64,000 bases of DNA from a virus, in the IMG/VR virus record IMGVR_UViG_3300023223_000669, positions 64,001 through 128,000 of that record; one strand, written 5' to 3'. Positions 18,751 through 27,300 of the stretch are shown here, piece after piece. Position 1 is the first letter of the stretch, and the number at the start of each line of letters is the position of its first letter. The translations under genes were made by a program, and so were the position numbers. The notes beneath the pieces are model-generated. The model made no database searches, was not told where the DNA came from, and worked only from the letters and a program-made list of their open reading frames with translations.

Positions 18751-18761
18751 TTAGTGTATTA
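18751..18761 (+). promoter_or_regulatory. Putative late promoter TTAGTGTATTA
   Basis: Exact copy of motif upstream of the HNH and tail tube genes. Confidence 0.65.
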
Positions 18762-19210
18762 TGAAAGTGATGGGAACTCACATTTGCGAATGGGGTCTTT
18801 GTGGCCGACTCGTGCAGGAGACCAACAAACGCACAGGGAAATCTTACATTTACTGTAAGCCCCATAGGGATGGTCGTAAGGGTACTAAGCACGCTTATTA
18901 TTTAAAGAACAAGAAGAAGTGTAACGAGAGATCTAGAGCCGACTGGCGAGATGCTCGCCGTCGCTTCTTCGAAATGTATGGAAACCATTGTATGTGTTGT
19001 GGCGTTGAGGGCGAAATTTTTCTAGCACTTGACCACATCAATGGTAATGGAAAAGAACACAGAGCAAAGAGAAGTAAAATTGGGGTTTATAAGGACGCCT
19101 TAGCTAAGCATCAACCTGACGAATACCAAGTGCTCTGTCATAATTGCAATTTTGCCAAATATCAAATGGGGAAGTGCCCCCACAGTGAGTATGCTTGCCT
19201 AGGGAGGTAA
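18761..19210 (+). CDS. Free-standing HNH endonuclease (true start possibly ATG 18770)
   Basis: MYGNHCMCCG...LALDHINGNG...YQVLCHNCNFAK. Confidence 0.8.
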   Translation: MKVMGTHICEWGLCGRLVQETNKRTGKSYIYCKPHRDGRKGTKHAYYLKNKKKCNERSRADWRDARRRFFEMYGNHCMCCGVEGEIFLALDHINGNGKEHRAKRSKIGVYKDALAKHQPDEYQVLCHNCNFAKYQMGKCPHSEYACLGR

Positions 19211-19216
19211 CTGACC

Positions 19217-20632
19217 ATGGCCATTAATAATAGAGTTTTCTGGGCGATCGAGCAAGTCGCCATTAAAGATAACGCTGCTCCGCCGACTGGGGCCGTCGCT
19301 CCTGTTAACTCTCGCGAGTATATTACAGGACCGCTTGCTTCTGGTGTCGATGAGGTAGCTGGACTATGGGAAGTTCCCCGTGGTCTTCAAAGTATTGGTA
19401 TTAGCACGACTTTCAACCTAGAACAAGTTTTCCAGCTTGGTCAGGTTGAGTTGTACGAGTACTCGGAACGTCAACCGGACATTGAGGTTACGCTGTCGAA
19501 AGCTATCGACGGTACGAAGCCTTTGTACTTCATGGTGACGGACCCGGCCTCGGCCAACGACATTGTTGCTCGTACCGCAAACTATCGTACAGACATCGCC
19601 CTACAAATTTATCCTGATACTCAGTTCCGTGCTACGGGTCAACCGCAAGCCATCGTAACTGCATCGGGTTGTTATGTTTCCAACCTGTCTTACACTTTCC
19701 CGATTGATGGGTTTGTGTCAGAAGACGTAACGCTGGTTGGTAACGACAAGATTTGGGGTGCGATGGTTGCTGTCTCTGGTCAGACGGCTGGGCATGACGG
19801 TGGACAAGGTGCTGGAGAGCCTCTTGTTCTCTTCCCGTCTGAAGACGATGGTGAAAACCCCAATGCTCCTGAGGGTACGCCCTCTGGTGTCTTCGGTCAT
19901 GATGGTAACACTTCTGCTCTGCTAGAGGGTGGTGCTGCTGAATTGGCCGGTGGTGCTGACCGCTTTGGCGTGATCATCGTTGGTTCTGGTGTTCAGCGTC
20001 GTGAAGAGGTTGATATTGCTCGCTCGATCCTGCCGATGGATGTTCCGGGTATTCTTACTCCGGTACAGTCGGGTATTGATGGTGCGTTCGTCAATGGTGG
20101 TTTTGGTGCTCAAGGGCCGGGAACGGCACTTAATACTGACCAGCTTGTTGCCGACGCTAATACGGACTTTGTTGCCGAGCACATCCAGACCATTACGGTT
20201 TCGTTCTCGGTGGCCCGTGAGGACATTTTCGAGCTTGGCTCGAAGCGTCCATTCGTCAAGACGCCTGACTTCCCGCTGGAAGCTACGTGCTCTATCGAAG
20301 TAATCACGGCTCAAGGTGACCTTGTTGATGCGACATCGGATCAAGATTGTGGACCGGACAATACGTCTGAATCCAATACAATCATCCTCCGTACTTGCGA
20401 CGGTCTACAAGTTGACCTTGGTGATGCTAACCGTCTGACGGGTGTTGAAATGGGTGGTGGTGAAGCTGGTGGCGACAATATGACTGTCACCTACAACTAC
20501 AGCTCCTTCAACGTCTTCAATGTTTCGCACGACTTCTACCAGCCGAACCACCGTATCCTGGTGTTCCAGACTGGTCTGAGTCGTTTCAACGTGGGTTCTG
20601 TAAGCTTCCTGCGTACTGATCTGGGTATCTAA
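19217..20632 (+). CDS. Major tail (tube) protein
   Basis: GGAGGT RBS, biased codons, own terminator; EQVFQLGQVELYE and REDIFELGSKRPF motifs; precedes chaperones and tape measure. Confidence 0.75.
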   Translation: MAINNRVFWAIEQVAIKDNAAPPTGAVAPVNSREYITGPLASGVDEVAGLWEVPRGLQSIGISTTFNLEQVFQLGQVELYEYSERQPDIEVTLSKAIDGTKPLYFMVTDPASANDIVARTANYRTDIALQIYPDTQFRATGQPQAIVTASGCYVSNLSYTFPIDGFVSEDVTLVGNDKIWGAMVAVSGQTAGHDGGQGAGEPLVLFPSEDDGENPNAPEGTPSGVFGHDGNTSALLEGGAAELAGGADRFGVIIVGSGVQRREEVDIARSILPMDVPGILTPVQSGIDGAFVNGGFGAQGPGTALNTDQLVADANTDFVAEHIQTITVSFSVAREDIFELGSKRPFVKTPDFPLEATCSIEVITAQGDLVDATSDQDCGPDNTSESNTIILRTCDGLQVDLGDANRLTGVEMGGGEAGGDNMTVTYNYSSFNVFNVSHDFYQPNHRILVFQTGLSRFNVGSVSFLRTDLGI

Positions 20633-20648
20633 TCTAAGATATCCTTTG

Positions 20649-20688
20649 GGCGGCGGAGTGCCGGGGGGTCACTCCGCCGCCGTCTTTT
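20649..20688 (+). terminator. Intrinsic terminator after tail tube gene
   Basis: GGCGGCGGAGTG / CACTCCGCCGCC perfect 12-bp stem then TCTTTT. Confidence 0.85.
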
Positions 20689-20719
20689 CTACCCCCGGTG
20701 CTAGGTACAATACGACTCC

Positions 20720-20788
20720 GCGTGATTATGCACGCTTGGGCAACCTATATGGTTGTCTGTCCTAGCACCGCTAACGCGGTGCTTTTTT
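20720..20788 (+). ncRNA. Candidate structured RNA or leader: three consecutive hairpins ending in a U-tract
   Basis: GCGTG/CACGC; GGCAACC/GGTTGTC; AGCACCGC/GCGGTGCT followed by TTTTT. Confidence 0.4.
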
Positions 20789-20791
20789 ATT

Positions 20792-21979
20792 ATGTCTGTC
20801 CAAGAGAACATCAATAGGTTATTGTGGGATAGGAGACTCGTGCTATTTCCACAAGAACTGGAAGTACCCGATGGTCTAGAGTATGTCGTGCTCAAAGACC
20901 TCTCTCTGGACGACCGTAACTACTATCTCTTCATTCGCGATCTAGAAGAAGCCAAGGCCCGCAAGGAGGGCGTCCCTACAGAGGGCGAACTCATGGAGAA
21001 AGCTCGTGCGGCGGGCTATTGGACTAAGGACGATGATGACATTCAGGAGAGGGCAGACGAGCATATCGCGTTCCTGGAGGCCGAGTTTGTTGCGAGAGCC
21101 AAATTCAAGTCGCGGCAAAATATCATTAAGCTCCAGTTAGAGGACGCTCATGCGAAGAAGGAATATGTTATTCGCAAGCGGAATGAGCTACGTCAGCGGA
21201 GTGCCGAGTACCTCGCCCACGAAATCGCGAGCTTCATGATGCTGAGGCGAGTCGCCCTCAGACCAAACAGCGAATTGCTTCTACCGGATGATTATACATA
21301 TCTGCATTTCAAGGAAGAATACATAGTATTTATGTTTTTCTTGATTCAAGAGATGATGTCAGAGGGGGCACTAGATATCGTTGATATCAGAGAGATGGCT
21401 CGTTCTACAGAGTGGCGTTTAACGTGGTCTCTCAGTCGGGAGAATCTTCCCGCCTTGTTTAATAGAACTATCGGTGATCTTAATATCAATCATAAGATGC
21501 TGATCTATTGGAGCAGAGTATATGACTCTGCTTTTGAAAGCACAGAAACCCCGGATGATGAAGTGATCAATGATGATATGAGATTTGATGAATGGTTAGC
21601 CAATCGTGACCTCGGAAGACGAGAAGACCATTCTGATTCCAAAACAGCACAGTGTCAGGAACATGGCCAGGTGCTTGACGGTGAGTATGTTGAGAAATGT
21701 GTTTGTGGTGCTAAGGCGTATAACCATGGGAAGGGACTTGGCGAACGTCGGATACATGCTGATCATTGTTTGTATGGCACGTTCCAGAGATACACACAAC
21801 AAGAGAAGGAAGCTACGGCCCGTAGAGTCTATGGTCGTAACTCAAAGAATATCCGCAAACTGATTGATACTGAGCAGCAACGCGTGTTACAGAAAGGCGA
21901 GATTGAAGAACAACATCTTCGCGGCAAGAAAACACGAGCCATGCTTGGTATGCCAACTAAGGTAATTAAAATCAAATGA
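20792..21979 (+). CDS. Putative tail assembly chaperone (long paralogue)
   Basis: Between tube and tape measure; shares EGV...GxWTxDDD and SAE motifs with 22990..23769; start may be 20753 or 20792. Confidence 0.5.
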   Translation: MSVQENINRLLWDRRLVLFPQELEVPDGLEYVVLKDLSLDDRNYYLFIRDLEEAKARKEGVPTEGELMEKARAAGYWTKDDDDIQERADEHIAFLEAEFVARAKFKSRQNIIKLQLEDAHAKKEYVIRKRNELRQRSAEYLAHEIASFMMLRRVALRPNSELLLPDDYTYLHFKEEYIVFMFFLIQEMMSEGALDIVDIREMARSTEWRLTWSLSRENLPALFNRTIGDLNINHKMLIYWSRVYDSAFESTETPDDEVINDDMRFDEWLANRDLGRREDHSDSKTAQCQEHGQVLDGEYVEKCVCGAKAYNHGKGLGERRIHADHCLYGTFQRYTQQEKEATARRVYGRNSKNIRKLIDTEQQRVLQKGEIEEQHLRGKKTRAMLGMPTKVIKIK

Positions 21980-22527
21980 AGCACCCCTCAAGAGACCAGC
22001 TTATCAAGAGCATGGATCGTAGAGTGAAACATCTCATGATCCGTGTGCTGGAAAAATTCGAAGACAGATTCCCGGATCTAGATGAAACCCGGGAAGGACA
22101 GATTTTCAAGGGCGACCTCCGTAATGCATTCAACGATGTCATTCGTGCTCAACGTGATGAGATCCGAGACTACGAGGTTGACTATAGACCATTGAAACTG
22201 ACAGACGACAATATTCTCGCCATGACACAGACGTTCATGAGTGCTGTACAGAAGGTAGAATTTAGTTTTACTGATAATGGTCAACCATATATCATGTTTT
22301 ATGCTGATGAAAGTAACATTAAGGTTCTGGACGCCTTACGTGCTGAGCTTGAAGCTGGTGTGGTAACGCGTAGCGATAACGATGCCGTTTTCTCTATTGT
22401 TGGAGTCAAAGCTTGTATCGATAGTGTACTACCCTGTATGGACAAATACAGACTCCACGCTAAAGTTCATGCGGAGTATGTAGTTTGGCGTCAGGAAGTA
22501 GTACGTATGTATTTTCATGAACAATAA
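21976..22527 (+). CDS. Hypothetical protein
   Basis: 183 aa, ATGA overlap with upstream gene. Confidence 0.65.
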   Translation: MKHPSRDQLIKSMDRRVKHLMIRVLEKFEDRFPDLDETREGQIFKGDLRNAFNDVIRAQRDEIRDYEVDYRPLKLTDDNILAMTQTFMSAVQKVEFSFTDNGQPYIMFYADESNIKVLDALRAELEAGVVTRSDNDAVFSIVGVKACIDSVLPCMDKYRLHAKVHAEYVVWRQEVVRMYFHEQ

Positions 22528-22987
22528 AATTAAACAGCGATTTTGGGCGAAAGTTGATAAGGCGTCCAGCACCGATGGCTGTTGGTGTTGGATTGGTTCT
22601 AAGACCGTTCAGGGATATGGTCAGATGAGGATTTGTGGTAAGCAGATTTATGCTCATCGTCTCATTTTTGATATACTTGGTCTGTCCTTAGATCCTGAAC
22701 TTTGTGTACTACATAAGTGTGACAATCGTTCTTGTGTGAATCCTGAGCATCTCTTTCAGGGTACACGTTCTGATAATGCACGCGATATGAAACTTAAAGG
22801 CCGGGCTCGTGGAGCTGATGGTTCTAAAAACTATAACGCGAAGCTATCAGAAGCGAACGTCATTACCATTAGAGTTTTATTGGAGCAAGGAATGACACAT
22901 CAAGCGATTGCTGATCGCTTCGATGTTAGTCGTACGACAGTGACAAATATCAGTAATAACCGCATTTGGCGGTGTGTGAGGAGCTAG
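22517..22987 (+). CDS. Free-standing HNH endonuclease (HNH_3 type with C-terminal HTH)
   Basis: RFWAKVDK..GCWCW, YAHRL, VLHKCDNRSCVNPEHLFQGTRSDN, NAKLSEANVITIR. Confidence 0.9.
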   Translation: MNNKIKQRFWAKVDKASSTDGCWCWIGSKTVQGYGQMRICGKQIYAHRLIFDILGLSLDPELCVLHKCDNRSCVNPEHLFQGTRSDNARDMKLKGRARGADGSKNYNAKLSEANVITIRVLLEQGMTHQAIADRFDVSRTTVTNISNNRIWRCVRS

Positions 22988-22989
22988 GT

Positions 22990-23769
22990 ATGGTAGAACG
23001 AGAATTCAAGGCAATCGATCGACACGGAAATCCGGTCGATTTCGAGCTAAAACGGCCCGAAGTGAACGAGGAGCATGAAGGCGAACGTCAGTATCGGATC
23101 GCTTACAGTAAGGCCCTTGTGGAAGGTGTTTTCCCTAGGGAAAAACTCAGGGAAATCATGCGAGAACACGGGATGTGGACTGAGGACGATGACTCTGAAC
23201 TTAAGAAAACTGTAGGGAAAATCGCACTATCTCAGATCGATCTCAAGAACGCAGAGGCCGCAGGGGACGACAAGGGATGCATGAAGGCCGCCACGACTAT
23301 TTCTGAGGCACGTCTTCGCATGTGGGAGCTGTTCTTAGTGCAGCAGAGTGTCTATATGAACTCTGCCGAGGGTGTAGCTGAGATGGTCAAGACAGAAGCC
23401 ATCATGGCTTCTTGCACCCTTTTAAAAGTTACTGGTCAACGCTATTGGGAGAACTATAGTGACTATGTGCGTGAGCGTGACTTAAATACTAAGTCTACAG
23501 TGTACGCTCATGTTATTGAAAAACAAGCGAAGATCCTAGATGACGCCCGCAAGGGTTTGATGTCTGATTATCCAGAGTATCAGTATCTCAAGACTACTGA
23601 GGATCGTATGTTAGATCGTGAACTACAGGAGGAGGTTGCGAAGGAACTATATGGTCGTGCCGAAGCGGCGATTGAAGCTGATAAGGCAAAGAAGCCCGTG
23701 AGAAAGAAGCGTAAGAAGGTGGGGAAGAAACGTGGTAATAGGGTGGAAACTAATACTAAAAAGTCCTAG
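22990..23769 (+). CDS. Putative tail assembly chaperone (short paralogue)
   Basis: GAGGAG RBS 22978-22983, ATG 22990; similarity to 20792..21979. Confidence 0.5.
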   Translation: MVEREFKAIDRHGNPVDFELKRPEVNEEHEGERQYRIAYSKALVEGVFPREKLREIMREHGMWTEDDDSELKKTVGKIALSQIDLKNAEAAGDDKGCMKAATTISEARLRMWELFLVQQSVYMNSAEGVAEMVKTEAIMASCTLLKVTGQRYWENYSDYVRERDLNTKSTVYAHVIEKQAKILDDARKGLMSDYPEYQYLKTTEDRMLDRELQEEVAKELYGRAEAAIEADKAKKPVRKKRKKVGKKRGNRVETNTKKS

Positions 23770-24382
23770 AAAGGGCATTACAGGTAGACTGAATCGAGCG
23801 GTTAACTTTGTTTTAGTCGATCTTGATAAATGGATTAAGACAACATTCGTCAAGGCTCTTGTACATGGGGGCCTTGGTATTGAGGGTATCAGGGAGACTC
23901 CTTTCTACAAGTTTATCTCCAGTCCGGAGGGCCTAAGCCAGCTTGGCATTGAGCCTACGGAGCCGCCCAAGCTTTTGAAGGCGTACGAGCGTACTATTAA
24001 AGTATCTCGTAAAGGTCGTCAACTTATATTAAGATTCGGTGACGTAGCTTTGTTGAAGTTGGCAACTCCGCATCCGGCAAGGGGTACGGGCAACCTACAG
24101 GTTCAATCGTGGTTAGAGTGGATTGTTGACGACGTGAACGTTGGACGCGGTTTTGTTCCGCGTGAGCGTATACCTTCGGGGGCGGATAAAGCTATACGTC
24201 TTGGCCAACCTCTTGGTGGTTTGATGCTTCCTCGGGGAGCGTTGGGTAGTTCTGGCCTATGGCGATTTCCAGTCCAATTACAAGATTATGAACGTGCATG
24301 GTTGAAAGGCAATGTAAAGAGTATTGAACAAGCACTTCTAGCGAAGATGGTCGAATTACTAGTGAAGAGAGCCAATGGCTAA
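23732..24382 (+). CDS. Hypothetical tail-region protein
   Basis: 216-aa ORF overlapping both neighbours. Confidence 0.6.
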   Translation: MVIGWKLILKSPRKGITGRLNRAVNFVLVDLDKWIKTTFVKALVHGGLGIEGIRETPFYKFISSPEGLSQLGIEPTEPPKLLKAYERTIKVSRKGRQLILRFGDVALLKLATPHPARGTGNLQVQSWLEWIVDDVNVGRGFVPRERIPSGADKAIRLGQPLGGLMLPRGALGSSGLWRFPVQLQDYERAWLKGNVKSIEQALLAKMVELLVKRANG

Positions 24383-27300
24383 GATCCAACTAGAAGCTAT
24401 TCTAAAGCTGGTTGACGTACAGATCAATCCTGCTGTGTTCCGCAAAATCAGCCAGGCTGTTGCGGGCATGCCTGCTTCATTGGGTAAGACCAACGTGCAG
24501 CTTAGGAAAGCTAGCACGAGTACTAAGGCTCTAAATCGTAACCTTCAGAAAACAAAGCAAACACTTTCGAATAACGAACGTGCGGCCCGTCTGTTCTTGC
24601 AGCGTATGGCCCAGTTTGCAATTCTGCTTCCAACGTTCGCCACTCTTAACCGTGCCATTCAGGGTAGTGTTAAATTCCTGTTTGAGTTCGATAGTGCTCT
24701 GCGAGATATTATCCGAATTGATATCTCTGGTTTGTCAGACCGCATGGAAGAGGTTGGTGATGCAGCCCTACGAACTGCGGTTAATTTTGGAGTAACCGCT
24801 ACTGAAGTTCTAGGCGTTACTCGTATTTTCAAGCAAGCTGGCTTTACGATTGAAGAATCTCAGGCCAAGGCTGAAGCGGCTATTTTAGCGACTCAAATTT
24901 CGACGCTTTCGTCTGCCCAAGCGGTTGAGGTTTTCATTGCGGCCGCCAAGCAGTTCGGTGCTGAAGGCGAGAATGCGGTTGAAGTGCTGGATCGTCTAGC
25001 GAGGGTTGAAGACCTTGCTGCCGTCAATGCCTCTGATGTGGCCGACGCCTTTAGAACCGGTGGTAACGCTCTTGCTGAATTCTCTGGTAGTATTGATGAT
25101 TCGATTGGTCTGATCGCCGCCTTGAGAGAGCAAAGTCGTAAGTCTGGTAGAGAAATTGGTACGTTCTTCAAGACTATTCAAACGCGTGTGTTTGCCGTTG
25201 GTGAAGCTCGTTCTGCTGTTGAAGCTCTTGGTATTCAAATTGAAAATCTTAATGGTACATTGCGTCCAACCTTGGATGTCTTCAATGATTTGAAGAAACG
25301 ATTTGATGGTTTGACTCAAGCACAGCGGACTAACGCCGCTAAAGGGATTGCTGGTATCCGTCAGTTTGAATCTCTCTTGGCCGTTTTGAATTCGCTTGAT
25401 AGGGCAAATGAACTGGCTGCGGCATCGTCTAAGGCCGCTGGTACCGCCGAAGAGAAGCGTTTGATTACGGACGCTAAACTTGAGCGTCAGCTTGGTAAGT
25501 TGATTGCCCAAGGTCAGGCTCTTGCGGAAGCCCTTGGTGATGCTGGTTTGGAAGATAGTCTTGCTGGCGTTTTGAAAATTGCTACGGGTCTCCTCTTTAT
25601 ATTCACGAGGCTGGTAGATGTTATTGGTGATATTGGCGGTAGCCTTGTTCCCCTATTGGCTCTTGGCGGTATCACGCTTGGTCGTAGTGTCTTTGGTTTG
25701 GCTGCGGCCGGTGCGGGCAAATTGGGAGGTAAAGTTGGTGGAACCGCTGGTACTACGCCGGTAGGTGGCGGTGCTCAACCTGGCCGGGTGGATCCGTTCA
25801 CCGGGGTACTCGCACGATCAATCACTAAAACTGCAAGCAAGGTAGAGAGTTTTGGCAAAACGATGACCCGTGTCAAGGATATTACAATAGCGGGTGCGAA
25901 AGCGACACAAGCACAAGTTACGAAGACGATTGCGGCCGGTCGAATTCAAGGCACGGGGTTTGTTGCTGCTATCGCTGCACGACGACAAAATACTAATGCG
26001 GTCAGAGAGAACATTGCTGCGTTAAAGGCTTCTAATGCGGCTCGCCTTGCAGAGAGGAAAGGCAAAGGTTTATTTGGCGGCGGTGTTGGTGGTACTGTTG
26101 CTTTGACCCTGCTTGGTACCGCCCTCCCGGCAGCCCTTACTGGTGTTGTCGCACAATTGCGTAAGGTTGATGGCCTTCTTGCTCAGACCAGTGCTAGTAT
26201 TCTTGATGTCAGTAAGAATGGTCTTGGACTTGCTGCTCAATTTGCCATTCTTGGCGGTAAAGCTTCTGCTGTTGCTGGAGCGTTTGGTATTGTACAATCG
26301 GCTGCGATAATTCTTATTGATTCTTTCAAGGATGAGGCGGCGGCCCGCGATGAACTGCGTGAGGGTATTAAAAATCAAAATAAAGAGATAGAGGCTCGTG
26401 CTAAGTTAGCTTCTAAAACTGATGTAGGCGAAGATTTTACAGCAAATCTTTTTGATGTTATTGCCCGTGGTGTTCGTGGTCGTGAAACTGGAGCTGAGAT
26501 GGTTGCTGGCCAGCAACAAATTTTTGCAGAACTTGGTAGGCAGATTGGAGCGACGGGAGAGCAAGCTGCTAAGATTTTCTTGGAGAAAGCAACTGCCGAA
26601 ATTAGTAAAGCAGATTTGAGTCCTGAGAAGTTGGGATTTGGTGGTCTTGTTAAACTTGCTGTTGAACTTCAAAGCGGCAATTTCTCTGGTCTTGCTGACC
26701 AGACTGTATCATCTACTCGTGGTCTTAGCAAACTTGTTGGTGAACTTAAAAAAGGCGAAGCTGGTTTTGTTGCCAATGTCAGGGCTCAGAAAGATCTACT
26801 GAGGGCTCGTGCTGAAGAAAATGGCACGTTAATAGAAGCGGAACAACTTATTGCTCGGGTTGAGGCAGGTACTATTTCTGGTCTTGGAGCTTTCTCCGCT
26901 CTTAAATCGATTTTAGATGATACGACTCGTGCTACGAATGCCGCCACTGGGGCTTTTGAGATCGTTGAAATATCCTTTAAACAATTTGAAAAGGTACAAA
27001 AAATTCGTGGTTTTGCAGATAGTATTCGTACATTAGGATTCGAATTGGAGTTGGCTAAACTTGGTCCTGATGCATTGTCTGATTCTCTTGTTCGTCTGAC
27101 ACAAAAGTTCTTGTTGACTGAACGTGAATCTACAAACGCTATCGATCGTCTGACAGACGAGATGAATGTTCTATTCCAGAATTTAGGAAGTGAGTTTACA
27201 GTGGGCCTCAATCCCGCTGGCGTATCTGCGGCTGAATTCTTTCAAGTTATCAAGGATGGTGTTGCAGGTATTGACGTTGACAAAGTGAAGAAATTTGAAG

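Noticed and set aside
20720-20788. tRNA
   Set aside because: No acceptor stem, T-loop GTTCRA or CCA; kept only as a candidate structured RNA
18761-24375. Contractile tail sheath (myovirus)
   Set aside because: No sheath-like or baseplate wedge genes recognised
20792-24382. Programmed frameshift for tail chaperones
   Set aside because: No convincing slippery heptamer at an ORF end; ORFs are joined by ordinary ATGA-type overlaps
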